A DNA stretch of 64,000 nt from Spirochaetia bacterium (GCA_965208575.1 CBDBOV010000006.1:864001-928000); one strand, 5' to 3'; counted from the first letter of the stretch, positions 9,364 to 19,664 are shown. The notes: a model not told the origin generated them from the sequence alone. Numbers and translations: made by a program.

Positions 9364-12138
9364 ATGACTGGGACAGACGACGGCCGCCGGCTCGGCGAGG
9401 CGCGGGCGCGGGACGCGGCGATGCGGGCGGACATTCATTTCCTTGGCGACCTGCTCGGCCATACCCTGGTGCGGCAGCACGGCGCGGAGCTGCTGGAGCT
9501 GGTCGAGCGGGTGCGCTCCCTGAGCAAGCAGGCGCGCGACCCCGGCGCCGATGACCGCGCCGCCGCCGAGCTGGACGCCCTGCTGGCCGGGCTCGACATC
9601 GCCGACATCACCAACCTGGTGCGCGCCTTCTCGACCTTCTTCCAACTGGCCAACGTGGCTGAGCAGACCCACCGGGTGGACGAGCACGGGCCGCGCAGCG
9701 GCATCGCCCGCGGACGCCTGCGCGCGCTGTTCGATCACATCCGGGAGGACGAGGCTCAGCGCGCCGCGCTGCGCGAGGTGGCCACTCGCCTCGACGTGCG
9801 GCCGGTGTTCACCGCCCACCCCACCGAGGCGGCGCGCCGTTCCGTGCTCACCAAGCTGCAGCGCATCGGCGAGTTGCTTTACGAACGGGCGGACCCGCGC
9901 CAGACCGCGGTCGACCAGGAGCGCATCCGGCGCCGGCTCGCCGAGGCGATCGACCTGATCTGGCAGACCGACGAGCTGCGCGTCCACCGCCCCACCCCGG
10001 TGGACGAGGCGCGGGCGGCGATCTACTACCTGGAGGAGTTGTTGCGCGGGGTGAGCGGTGACTTGTTCGATGAGTTGGACACCCAACTTGGCCGGGTCGG
10101 CGTCGAGCTGCCGGCCCGCGCCCGCACGCTGCACTTCGGGAGCTGGGTCGGCGGCGACCGCGACGGTAATCCGCTGGTCACGGCAGAGGTCACCACGGCG
10201 GTGCTGGAGTTGCAGCACGACCGTGCGCTGACCGAGCTGCTGCGCGCGGTTGACGCGCTGTCGGCGGAACTGAGCAGCTCCGAGCACGTACACGGCGTGT
10301 CGGAGGAGTTGGCCGGCAGTTTGCGCCGTGACGCCGCGGCGCTGCCGGCCACCGACCGGGAGGCGCGGCGCCGCAACACCGGCGAGAGCTACCGGCTGAA
10401 GCTGGCGTTCATGCGCCGGCGCCTGGAGAACACGCGGCGGCGCATTGCCGAGCACGCGCGCCACGTACCGCGCCACGACTACCTGACCGCCGACGAACTG
10501 GTGGCAGAGCTGGAACTGCTGCAGCGCTCGTTGCGCGCTCACCGCGGCGCGGTGATCGCCGACGGCGCGGTGCGCCGCCTGCTGCGCCGGACGACGGCGT
10601 TCGGTTTCCACCTGGCGACGCTGGACGTGCGCGAGCACGCCGAGAAGCACCACGCGGCGCTGGCCGCGCTGTATCGCCGGCTGCCCGACGCCCCCGATTA
10701 CGCGGCGCTCTCCCCGGTGGAGCGGTTCGACGTGCTCGCCGCCGAACTCGCCCGCCGGCGGCCCATCGGCACGCCGGCCACCCGGCTGGCTGACGAGCCG
10801 GGCGTGACGCTGGCCACGATGCAGGCGGTGCGCGCCGCCCTCGACCGGTTCGGGGAGCGTGCCATCGAGAGTTACATCATCTCCGAGACGCTCGGCGCCG
10901 ATGACGTCCTCGCCGCGGTGGTGCTGGCGCGCGAGACCGGCCTGGTCGACCTGTCGGCGGGGCACGCCGCGATCGGCTTCGTGCCGCTGTTCGAGACCCC
11001 CGAATCGATCCGGCACGCGGACGTCACCCTGGGCAAGCTGCTGCGCGAGCCGAGCTACCGCGAGCTGCTGCGGCTGCGCGGCGGCCCGCAGGAGGTGATG
11101 CTCGGCTACTCCGACTCCAACAAGCTCGGCGGCATCACCACCGCGCAGTGGGGACTGAACCGCTGCGCGCTCCGCCTGCGCGAGGTGGCCGCGGCGGCGG
11201 GCGTGCCGCTGCGCTTCTTCCACGGCCGCGGCGGCACCGTGGGGCGGGGCGGCGGCCCCACCGCGGAGGCGATCCTGGCGCAGCCGTGGGGCACCGTCGA
11301 CGGCGCCATCAAGATCACCGAGCAGGGCGAGGTGGTGGCGGACAAGTACGCGCTGCCGCGGTTGGCGCGCGACAACCTGGAGTTGACCCTGGCGGCGTCG
11401 ATCGAGGCCACCGTGCTGCACCGCAGCGCCGAGCGCCCGACCGCCGACCTGGAACGCTGGAACGCAGCCATGGAAATCGCCTCCCAGGCTGCCTATTCGG
11501 CTTACCGCGCGCTGGTGGACCACCCGTCGCTGGTGCCCTACTTCCTGTCCGCCACCCCGGTGGAGGAGCTGGCCTCGCTCAAGATCGGCTCGCGGCCGTC
11601 GCGGCGACCCGGCAAGGACGCCGGCATCGACGGCATGCGCGCCATCCCGTGGGTGTTCGGCTGGACCCAGACGCGGCAGGTGGTGCCGGGCTGGTTCGGT
11701 GTGGGCAGCGGGCTGGCGGCCGCGCGCGCGGCGGGAGTCGACTTTCTGACCGACATGTACGAGCGCTGGCCGTTCTTCCGCATGTTCCTGTCCAACGTGG
11801 AGATGGTGCTGGCCAAGACCGACCTGGTCACCGCCCGGCGCTACGTGGACGCCCTGGTGCCCGCCGCCCACCGCCACATCTACGACCTGATCGCCGCCGA
11901 GCACGAGCGCTCGGTGCGGGAGGTGCTGGCCGCAACCGGCAAGCCCGCGCTGCTGGCCGACTACCCGGTACTGGGCCGCACCCTGCAAGTCCGGTCCGCC
12001 TACCTGGAGCCGCTGCACCTGCTGCAGATCGCCCTGCTGGAGCAGCACCGCGCCTCCGCCACCGTCGACCCGCGCGTCGAGCGCGCCATCCTGCTCACCG
12101 TCAACGGCCTCGCCGCCGGCCTCCGCAACACCGGATAG
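9364..12138 (+). CDS. ppc: Phosphoenolpyruvate carboxylase
   Basis: Motifs VFTAHPTE, SWVGGDRDGNP, MLGYSDSNK, FHGRGGTVGRGGGP, RAIPWVF, C-terminal GLRNTG. Confidence 0.98.
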   Translation: MTGTDDGRRLGEARARDAAMRADIHFLGDLLGHTLVRQHGAELLELVERVRSLSKQARDPGADDRAAAELDALLAGLDIADITNLVRAFSTFFQLANVAEQTHRVDEHGPRSGIARGRLRALFDHIREDEAQRAALREVATRLDVRPVFTAHPTEAARRSVLTKLQRIGELLYERADPRQTAVDQERIRRRLAEAIDLIWQTDELRVHRPTPVDEARAAIYYLEELLRGVSGDLFDELDTQLGRVGVELPARARTLHFGSWVGGDRDGNPLVTAEVTTAVLELQHDRALTELLRAVDALSAELSSSEHVHGVSEELAGSLRRDAAALPATDREARRRNTGESYRLKLAFMRRRLENTRRRIAEHARHVPRHDYLTADELVAELELLQRSLRAHRGAVIADGAVRRLLRRTTAFGFHLATLDVREHAEKHHAALAALYRRLPDAPDYAALSPVERFDVLAAELARRRPIGTPATRLADEPGVTLATMQAVRAALDRFGERAIESYIISETLGADDVLAAVVLARETGLVDLSAGHAAIGFVPLFETPESIRHADVTLGKLLREPSYRELLRLRGGPQEVMLGYSDSNKLGGITTAQWGLNRCALRLREVAAAAGVPLRFFHGRGGTVGRGGGPTAEAILAQPWGTVDGAIKITEQGEVVADKYALPRLARDNLELTLAASIEATVLHRSAERPTADLERWNAAMEIASQAAYSAYRALVDHPSLVPYFLSATPVEELASLKIGSRPSRRPGKDAGIDGMRAIPWVFGWTQTRQVVPGWFGVGSGLAAARAAGVDFLTDMYERWPFFRMFLSNVEMVLAKTDLVTARRYVDALVPAAHRHIYDLIAAEHERSVREVLAATGKPALLADYPVLGRTLQVRSAYLEPLHLLQIALLEQHRASATVDPRVERAILLTVNGLAAGLRNTG

Positions 12139-12247
12139 CGTCTCCGCTTGCCTGAGTCGGACACCCGCTGACAAGAGACAATCAGCACCTTGAAACGACC
12201 GCACAAATCAGGCAGCTTGGATTGATCAGCAGGCTGGACGGGTACCA

Positions 12248-12685
12248 ATGAGCACTGTTCTGGATGACGTTACCAATGACCAAATCGACGCACCCCACAT
12301 TCGGCGCCGAGTAGAGGACTGGGTCAACCGCTTGCGTACACTCTATGCCATGATCGGCGGCTGGCTCCCGGAGGGATGGACCGCCCGAGAGGGTGCTCCC
12401 GTCCGCATGCATGAAGAAATGATGCGAGAGTTCCGCGTCGACCCGAAGCAAGTACCGACCCTCGAACTGGTCCACCAGACGGGCGACGTGGCCACGTTGG
12501 AGCCGCGTGCACTCTGGGTCATCGGCTGTAACGGGCGTGTCGACCTCAAGCGCAACAACCGTCGTTTCCTCATTGTCGATCTCGCAGATAGCTTCGAGAG
12601 GGCGGACTGGCAGGCATCGCGTGCCGACCGGCGCGGCGAGCGCGAACCCGTCACACGTGACTGGCTGGTCGGCGTCCTTCAGTGA
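12248..12685 (+). CDS. Hypothetical protein
   Basis: 145-aa ORF with protein-like composition (LWVIGCNGRVDL); GTGA overlap with the next gene. Confidence 0.7.
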   Translation: MSTVLDDVTNDQIDAPHIRRRVEDWVNRLRTLYAMIGGWLPEGWTAREGAPVRMHEEMMREFRVDPKQVPTLELVHQTGDVATLEPRALWVIGCNGRVDLKRNNRRFLIVDLADSFERADWQASRADRRGEREPVTRDWLVGVLQ

Positions 12686-13149
12686 GCGATCTGCGAGCCA
12701 TCGCAGACCTGTATGCCGATGTCGCCGAATCCCTGGAGGCTGTGCGCGACAAGGCCATGGCCGATGGCGACACCATTCTGCGTGACCGCACCGAACACAA
12801 GCAGCGGCTCAACGACCAAGCCTACTTCGTGCTCGCCTGGGGTCAATTGGAGGCCGACATCGTGGATGCATGCCGCAGCACGATCCGGCATGCTCAGACG
12901 CATGGCAACTGGCGCGATCGTCGTGCCTGGACCTTGTACAACCCGGACGATCGGAGGTTGTCCGGCCTGAGCTTCGAGAGCCGATTGATGCTCGTCCTCG
13001 AAAAGGGTTCCGGGAATTGGAAGAGGGTGTTGCAGCACTACAACGTACGTAACCAGATTGCTCACGGAAGGCTTCGCTCGCAGCGCATAGATGTCTCCAA
13101 CGTTATCCAGGAGTTCTATGAAATCCAGGCATCCCTGGCGCGCAACTGA
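12682..13149 (+). CDS. HEPN-like putative RNase
   Basis: Helical-looking 155-aa protein with RNQIAH (Rx4H). Confidence 0.65.
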   Translation: MSDLRAIADLYADVAESLEAVRDKAMADGDTILRDRTEHKQRLNDQAYFVLAWGQLEADIVDACRSTIRHAQTHGNWRDRRAWTLYNPDDRRLSGLSFESRLMLVLEKGSGNWKRVLQHYNVRNQIAHGRLRSQRIDVSNVIQEFYEIQASLARN

Positions 13150-13200
13150 CACAGCGATCCGCACTCGCCCGGCTCAGCGTCCGTGCGGTACCGCGAGGCG

Positions 13201-14091
13201 CTACCCGTAGTGTTTGCGGAAGTAGTCCAGGGAGGAGGTGCGGCTGACGCCGCCGAACAGGCTGCGGTTGTAGCCGAGCAGGCGCTGCAACAGTTCCGGG
13301 AGGCCGGCTACTACCTCGCGGGGGATGCCGAGGTACTGGTTCTCCTGCTGGCGCAGCCAGCTCAGGTTGAAGTTCAGGTTGATGGAGGTGCGATACCGAT
13401 CCGGAGTCCGGTTCTCGCCGCTGCCGTGCCACACCGCGCCGTCCCACACCAGCAGCGAACCCGCCGGCATCTGGGCGTCGACCGCCTCCGCGTCCTGGTC
13501 GACCGGCTCGACCGACCGGTGGCTGCCGGGCACCACCCGCGTGGCCCCGTTCTCGCGGGTGAAGTCGTCCAGCGCGATCAGCGTGTTGGCGACCACCGGG
13601 AAGTGCGGGCGCGGGACCCCGTACATCACGTCGTCGCGGTGCAGCACCTGGTTCACGGCGCCGGGACCGGGACGCATCGCACACGCCACCGAGAGCTGAA
13701 ACGCCGGCCCGAGCACGCCCTCGATCACCTTCAGGAGCAGCGGATCGGTGGCGATGCCGTCCGCCGCGCGCGTACGGGCGAACAAATTGCACACGTGGAT
13801 CGTGTTCTCGCCGCCGCCGGCCGGCAAGCGCTTGCCCTTGATGACCAGGTGGTCGGGCAGCTCGAACACGGCGGCCAGTTCCTCGCGCGCCCGCCGCGTA
13901 CGCTCGCCGTCGAGCAAGCCGGGCACGATGGCGTACCCGTGTTCGCGTACCGACCGTACCGCTCGGTCCACGCGCGCCTGGTCGACGGCCGACAGCTCGA
14001 TGCCCTCGGCGAGCCGGTCGAACCTGGCATAGGCGTCGCGCTCGATCGTCTCGTGGGCCGTTCCGGTGGACGAATCCGTTCCCTGCTCCAT
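13201..14091 (-). CDS. PhyH-family Fe(II)/2-oxoglutarate dioxygenase
   Basis: Motifs LHRDD, ALDDFTRENGATRVVPGSH, WHGSGEN. Confidence 0.93.
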   Translation of the reverse strand: MEQGTDSSTGTAHETIERDAYARFDRLAEGIELSAVDQARVDRAVRSVREHGYAIVPGLLDGERTRRAREELAAVFELPDHLVIKGKRLPAGGGENTIHVCNLFARTRAADGIATDPLLLKVIEGVLGPAFQLSVACAMRPGPGAVNQVLHRDDVMYGVPRPHFPVVANTLIALDDFTRENGATRVVPGSHRSVEPVDQDAEAVDAQMPAGSLLVWDGAVWHGSGENRTPDRYRTSINLNFNLSWLRQQENQYLGIPREVVAGLPELLQRLLGYNRSLFGGVSRTSSLDYFRKHYG

Positions 14092-14300
14092 GCGTCTCTC
14101 CTCTGGATGCTCTCCGAGCCTGTCGGGGTGTGACAGGCCCGTAGTATAGGCCGGTTGCGGACGCCAGTCCGCGACGCGGTTCGGCGGGAAACGCGCCTCC
14201 CGGCGGCACCGGGAGCGCCAGGACGCAGGTCTCGGGCGCCGGCGAGCGCGTCGTCCGCCGCCCGCACACCCCCCGGCTGGCCGCCGCGCTGCACCGCGGC

Positions 14301-14390
14301 GCGTCGGCGTGGCTCGGCGTGGCTCGGCGTGGCTCGGCGTGGCTCGGCGTGGCTCGGCGTGGCTCGGCGTGGCTCGGCGTGGCTCGGCGC
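14301..14390. repeat. 10-bp VNTR (GGCTCGGCGT)n
   Basis: 7 perfect copies at 14311-14380 plus one imperfect copy on each side. Confidence 0.97.
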
Positions 14391-14402
14391 GGCGGGCGAC
14401 CG

Positions 14403-14432
14403 TTGACAGGGCGGGAGGAGATCGAATAGGGT
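14403..14432 (+). promoter_or_regulatory. Putative sigma70 promoter for the SBP gene
   Basis: TTGACA-N18-TAGGGT. Confidence 0.5.
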
Positions 14433-14749
14433 TCGTTACTGGATTTCAAGGGGCAGATTTCACGCCAAGATCACCTGCACTGACAGCGGACGGGCATCAC
14501 GCACCTCCGGCAGCGCACATGCTCGCCGGTACCGCGAATGCATCATGGACCCTACCTCAACAAGCTGAGCACCAACGAAGGCGCACGTCCGCGTGCCTTA
14601 CAGGGAAGGCCACCCACGCCCCAAGTGGGTTTTCAAGCCGTCTCCACGAAAGGAGAAGGGAGGTGAACGCCTGGTTCTCGACACCGGACACAACTTGAAG
14701 TGAATCGAATCGACGATTCATCGAACCGGACAACACACACAGGGAGGTA

Positions 14750-16546
14750 GTGACTATGAATCGCTACACAACTGTACTCATCGGCATCCTGGTGTCCACC
14801 GCAACCGTGCTGTGGGCAACCGGAGAGGCGGAGGGGACAGCCGTCATGGAACAAGAGATGGTGCAGAACTGGCTCGGTGAAACGGTGCCGAAGCCGCAAC
14901 ATGGCGGCGTGCTCAACATCCCGACCGCGTTCACGGCGGTGGACTCCTGGGACCAGTGGCGCTATCACCAGACCGGAACGCCGTTTACCGCCAGTATCTA
15001 CCAGGCTTTCGGAGCAATCGACATCAGGACGCCGATCGAGGACAACCAGTTCCAAAGTGCCATGTTTACCTGGGATCAGTGGTACGGCATCATCGCCGAG
15101 AGCTGGGAGCAGGTCGATCCCCTGACCCTCACCATCGGCGTCAGACAGGGCATAAAGTGGCAGAACAAGGAACCGATGAACGGTCGCGAACTGACTGCCG
15201 ACGATGTCGTCTTCACGCTGCACCGGCAGTACGGCCTGGGCAGCGGCTACACCGAAAAGAGCCCGCACCTCGGCGACGTTCACGTGGAATGGTTCGCCGG
15301 CGCGGAGGTAACCGCTCCCGACCGCTACACGGTCAAGATCGTAACCACCGAGCCGCGACCGTTCCTGGCGTTCGCCACCATGTGCTTTGGTTGCGGCTTC
15401 GTCATTCAGCCGCCGGAAGTCGTCCAGCAATACGGCGACCTGGAGGATTGGCGCAATGCGGTCGGTACCGGAGCCTGGATGCTGGTCGACTACGTGCCCG
15501 GCTCCAAGGTGCAATATGCGCGCAATCCCGACTACTGGGAGAATGATCCGCGCTATCCGGACCAAAACCTTCAACTACCGTACGCAGACGAGCTCAATGT
15601 CCTCATGATACCGGACGAGTCCACGCGCATGGCCGCATTGCGGACCGGCAAGGTGGCGATGGCCGGCGGTTCACAACAGAATATCGACTGGCGGACCGCG
15701 GAGAGTCTGCAACAGACGAATCCCGAGTTGGGCTACCTCGAGGTGGCCGGATCGGGAGGCAACGCCTGGGGCTTCAGCATGCGTGTCGACCGGGAGCCGT
15801 TCGACGATATCCGGGTGCGGCAAGCCATGGCGATGGCCGTGAACACGACGGAGATCGCAGAGGACTACTACGGCGGCAACGCGGAAGAGTATCCTTATGC
15901 CAAGCTGTCGTTGCCATGGCCCAAGCAATACATCAAGGCGATCGATTGGTTTACCCCTGAAGTCCAGGCCACGTTCGGCTATGACCCGGAGGCGGCGAAA
16001 CAGCTTCTCGCGGAGGCCGGCTACGCCGACGGCTTCAAGACCGATATGCCGATTTCCGCCGTAATGGACCTCGAGTTGTATGAGCTTGCGGTCAGCTACC
16101 TGGCGGCGGTCGGTATCGACGTCGACATCAGAGTGATGGAGCACGGTGTCTACAAGGACATCGAATATGCCGCCGAATACGACGGGATGTTCTCTCAGTA
16201 CGACCCGATGTCGGTGCTGCCTCCGTATCACGTCCTGAGCTGGTACCAGACCGGCATAGGGTGGAACGCCAGTCAGGTGAGCGACCCGGTGTATGACAAC
16301 CTGCGGCTCGCCGTATTGAAGGAAACCGACAAGGAAAAGCAGGATGAAATGTTCCACCAATTGTACGCGATGCCGTACGAGAATACGTGGATCATTCCGT
16401 TTGCCCTGGCCAAGGAGTTCGTGTTCTGGCAGCCATGGCTCAAGCACTTCCGCGGCGAGGAAAAGACCCACGGCTGCGACCAGAAGCTGAACGTCATGAA
16501 GTACGTCTGGATCGACCAGCAACTGAAAAACGAGATGGGCCACTAG
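14750..16546 (+). CDS. ABC transporter family-5 (DppA-like) solute-binding protein 1
   Basis: Signal peptide; motifs AESWEQ, VGTGAW, RNPDYW, IRVRQAM, LLAEAGY; SD GGGAGG. Confidence 0.93.
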   Translation: MTMNRYTTVLIGILVSTATVLWATGEAEGTAVMEQEMVQNWLGETVPKPQHGGVLNIPTAFTAVDSWDQWRYHQTGTPFTASIYQAFGAIDIRTPIEDNQFQSAMFTWDQWYGIIAESWEQVDPLTLTIGVRQGIKWQNKEPMNGRELTADDVVFTLHRQYGLGSGYTEKSPHLGDVHVEWFAGAEVTAPDRYTVKIVTTEPRPFLAFATMCFGCGFVIQPPEVVQQYGDLEDWRNAVGTGAWMLVDYVPGSKVQYARNPDYWENDPRYPDQNLQLPYADELNVLMIPDESTRMAALRTGKVAMAGGSQQNIDWRTAESLQQTNPELGYLEVAGSGGNAWGFSMRVDREPFDDIRVRQAMAMAVNTTEIAEDYYGGNAEEYPYAKLSLPWPKQYIKAIDWFTPEVQATFGYDPEAAKQLLAEAGYADGFKTDMPISAVMDLELYELAVSYLAAVGIDVDIRVMEHGVYKDIEYAAEYDGMFSQYDPMSVLPPYHVLSWYQTGIGWNASQVSDPVYDNLRLAVLKETDKEKQDEMFHQLYAMPYENTWIIPFALAKEFVFWQPWLKHFRGEEKTHGCDQKLNVMKYVWIDQQLKNEMGH

Positions 16547-16581
16547 CAGCCGCAAGCTGCCCAAACGTGGAAGCATCGATC

Positions 16582-16617
16582 AGGGGTCTGCCGGCAGCCG
16601 TCGGCAGACCCCTTTTC
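16582..16617 (+). terminator. Intrinsic terminator
   Basis: aggggtctgccg...cggcagacccct followed by a T run. Confidence 0.75.
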
Positions 16618-16662
16618 TGGTGAGCGCCGGATGATACGCCCCGGCACCACCTCGTCAGCGGA

Positions 16663-17637
16663 TCAACTCGACTTCCGGGCGTCGGCCTTGCCAGCCAGAA
16701 TGGCGCCTCTCTTCGTCTCCATGCCGGCGTAGCTGCCGGCGCCCCCCCTCAGCCTCGGGTCGAGCAGGTCGCGCACCGCGTCTCCGAACATGTTGACCCC
16801 GTAGATCACGGCGCCCAGGGCGAGGCCCGGCCAGAGCGCAAGGCCGGGCGCCAGGAACAGGTACTTGCGCCCGGTCCGACTCAGCATACCCCCCCAGCTC
16901 GGCTCCGGCGGCGGGACCCCGAAGCCGAGAAAGCTCAACGTGGCTTCCAGCAGGATGACGCTCCCCATCCTGATCGAAACGATGATCAGCACGGCGGGCA
17001 TGATATTGGGCAAAAGGTGGCGCACGAAGATCCTCCACAGCCGGCATCCAATGGCATCCGCCGCCTGCACGTAGACCTGTTCCTTGATGCCGAGCACCGC
17101 GCTTCTTATTACCCGTGAAGTAGTGATGCCCATGTGCAATCCGACAATCAGTATCACCTGTCCGATGCCGGGCCCGACGATCGACATGATGGTGATCAGA
17201 ATCAGGATGTCGGGAAAACACATCCAGGCGTCGACGAAGCGTTGCATCAGCATGTCGTACTTGCCGCCGAGGAACGCGCTCGGGATACCGATCAGCAGAG
17301 ACACCGCGACCGACAGCAGGGTGGCAAATACCCCGACCATCATGGAGATTCTCGCACCGTAGATGACCCGGCTGAGCATGTCCCTGCCGAGCGTATCGGT
17401 GCCCAGAAGGTACTGCGCCGACGGTGGGCTCAAGCGGTCGGCCGGATGCGGCTCATTGACGCCGTCAGGGGCCAGGATCGGCGCGAAAATACCGGTGAAG
17501 AAGAACACCAGGACCACGACGCCGCCGAGCGCCCCGAGCGGCTTTTCCCGGACCAACCGGCCGCAAAACTCAACCAGCGGACCCCGTCTGAACGGCTCCG
17601 TCGCGGCGCCCGCGCGGTTTTGCTCGGCGCTACTCAC
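16663..17637 (-). CDS. DppC-like ABC permease
   Basis: Motifs LGTDTLGRD, EATLSFLGFG, PSWGGML, DLLDPR. Confidence 0.93.
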   Translation of the reverse strand: MSSAEQNRAGAATEPFRRGPLVEFCGRLVREKPLGALGGVVVLVFFFTGIFAPILAPDGVNEPHPADRLSPPSAQYLLGTDTLGRDMLSRVIYGARISMMVGVFATLLSVAVSLLIGIPSAFLGGKYDMLMQRFVDAWMCFPDILILITIMSIVGPGIGQVILIVGLHMGITTSRVIRSAVLGIKEQVYVQAADAIGCRLWRIFVRHLLPNIMPAVLIIVSIRMGSVILLEATLSFLGFGVPPPEPSWGGMLSRTGRKYLFLAPGLALWPGLALGAVIYGVNMFGDAVRDLLDPRLRGGAGSYAGMETKRGAILAGKADARKSS

Positions 17638-18610
17638 TGCCCGCGTCCTGGCCGGTCTGGTATGAAATCCGTGGATCGAGCCACGCGTAGGTCAGGTCGA
17701 CCCCCAGGTTGACCAGCAGCACGAATCCGGCAAAGAACAGGTTCACTCCGGAGACAATCGTGTAGTCCCGGTAGCTCAGGGCGTCCACCGCCAGCATGCC
17801 CATGCCCGGCAGTGCAAATATCTTCTCGATCACCACTTGGCCGCCAATCAGGACAGGAATCATCAACCCGATGTAGGTGATCACCGGGATCAACGCGTTC
17901 TTGAGCGCGTGCCTGAACACCACGAGCCGTTCCCGGAGACCCTTCGACCAGGCGGTCCGGACGTAGTCCTGGCGCAGCACGTCCAGCATCATGGTGCGCG
18001 ACATCCTCATGGTGACGCCGGACATGCTCATGCCCAGAACGATTGCCGGAACCAGGACCGTTTTCAGGTTTTCCAGCGGATCCTCGGAAAAGGGGACATA
18101 CAGCACGGGCGGCGACCAGTTCCACCAGATGGACGGGTACACCATGACCATGGTTGCCAGCCAGAAACCGGGAACGGCGATGCCGAATATGGCGAAGGTG
18201 CGGCCCACGTAGTCGCCGATCGTGTCCTGCCGCAAGGCGGAGTAGACGCCGATCGGTACCGCCACCAACTGCGACAGGATGAGGGCCAACAGTCCAACTT
18301 CGAAAGAGACCGGGATGCGGCGCAGTATCTCCTCGGTGATCGGCGTCTTCCAGCGCAGCGAGTTGCCCAGGTCGCCATGCATCAGGATATTGCCGATCCA
18401 GCGCACGTATTGGACGTGAGCCGGCACATCCAGTCCCAGCATCTTTTCCAGCCGCTCGCGGTCGATGTTGCCGATGCCGCCGCCCAATTCAGACAACGTC
18501 AAGGTTATTATGTCACCGGGAATGAGCCGAACGGTGAAAAAGACGATGAGCGTGACTATGAAAAGGGTGGGGATGACGAGCAGCGTCCGTCTGATCAGGT
18601 ACCCGGCCAT
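17630..18610 (-). CDS. DppB-like ABC permease
   Basis: Motifs RLIPGD, DYVRTAWSKG, HALKNA, LDPRI. Confidence 0.93.
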   Translation of the reverse strand: MAGYLIRRTLLVIPTLFIVTLIVFFTVRLIPGDIITLTLSELGGGIGNIDRERLEKMLGLDVPAHVQYVRWIGNILMHGDLGNSLRWKTPITEEILRRIPVSFEVGLLALILSQLVAVPIGVYSALRQDTIGDYVGRTFAIFGIAVPGFWLATMVMVYPSIWWNWSPPVLYVPFSEDPLENLKTVLVPAIVLGMSMSGVTMRMSRTMMLDVLRQDYVRTAWSKGLRERLVVFRHALKNALIPVITYIGLMIPVLIGGQVVIEKIFALPGMGMLAVDALSYRDYTIVSGVNLFFAGFVLLVNLGVDLTYAWLDPRISYQTGQDAGSE

Positions 18611-18674
18611 GTTCGCTTCCCGCCGCTAGGGTCGCCGCTCGAATGCAGCCGGAGTTTCGCCACGGGCTGCCAGC

Positions 18675-18702
18675 AGTCTACACCACCCCGGCAGCATGTC
18701 AA
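18675..18702 (-). promoter_or_regulatory. Putative internal promoter for the second permease pair
   Basis: TTGACA-N16-TAGACT on the minus strand, overlapping the upstream stop codon. Confidence 0.5.
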
Positions 18703-19664
18703 CTCGCTCCCGCCCGCTCCCTCCGGCCGGTGCCCCGTGCATCGCGCGCGGCAGCCCGGCTGACGCCGCGGCCTCCCATCCTTCCGCTGGCGCCGCGCAG
18801 CCGGGGGTCGAGCAGGTCGCGCAGCGTGTCGCCGAACATGTTCAGGCAGTACACCACCAGCGCCAGGCAGAACCCGGGCCAGAACGCCAGGCTCGGCGCG
18901 CGTTCCATGTAGCGCCGCCCCTCGTCGCTGAGCATCCCGCCCCAACTGGGAATCTCCGGCGGCAGGCCGAACCCCAGGAAGCTCAGTGACGCCTCCGCCA
19001 GGATCACGTACCCGATGGTGGTCGAGAACAGGATGATCACCGGCGGCACCACGTTGGGCAGCACGTGGCGCAGCAGGATCTTCAGGCGGCTGGTGCCGAT
19101 CGCCTCCGCGGCGGTGAGGTAGGCGTTCTCCTTGATGCCGATCACGGCGCCGCGGATCACGCGCGAGGCCTGAATGCCCGAATAGGTGCCGACGATCAGG
19201 ATGATCTGCAGCATGCCCGGCCCCACCAGCGACATGATGGTGATCAGAAGCAGGATGCCCGGAATGGCCATGAACGCATCCACGAAGCGCTGCACGGCGA
19301 TGTCGAGCCGGCCGCCCAGGAAGCCGGACGGCACGCCGATCAGGATTCCCAGGCCGGTGCTCAGGGTGGTGGCGGTGAGGCCGATGGTCACCGAGATGCG
19401 CGCTCCGTGCATCAGGCGGCTGAACAGGTCGCGCCCGAGTTGGTCGGTGCCGAGCCAGTAGGTGGCGGACGGCGGCTTGAGGCGGTCGGTCATGCGCACC
19501 GCGTTCACGTCGTGCGGCGCGAGCTGGTCGGCGAAGATGCCGGCAAACAGCATCAGCACCACCACGCCGCCGAACACCGCCCCGGCCGGCTTGCGGCGCA
19601 CCAGTTCGCCCAGGAACGCGACGAAACCGGTCCCGCGCGCAGTCGGTTCCCGTGCGCTACTCAT
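18699..19664 (-). CDS. DppC-like ABC permease
   Basis: Motifs LGTDQLGRD, EASLSFLGFG, DLLDPR. Confidence 0.93.
   Translation of the reverse strand: MSSAREPTARGTGFVAFLGELVRRKPAGAVFGGVVVLMLFAGIFADQLAPHDVNAVRMTDRLKPPSATYWLGTDQLGRDLFSRLMHGARISVTIGLTATTLSTGLGILIGVPSGFLGGRLDIAVQRFVDAFMAIPGILLLITIMSLVGPGMLQIILIVGTYSGIQASRVIRGAVIGIKENAYLTAAEAIGTSRLKILLRHVLPNVVPPVIILFSTTIGYVILAEASLSFLGFGLPPEIPSWGGMLSDEGRRYMERAPSLAFWPGFCLALVVYCLNMFGDTLRDLLDPRLRGASGRMGGRGVSRAAARDARGTGRRERAGAS

Noticed and set aside
8494-12204. 1236-aa minus-strand ORF
   Set aside because: Antisense shadow of ppc in high-GC DNA; no recognisable motifs.
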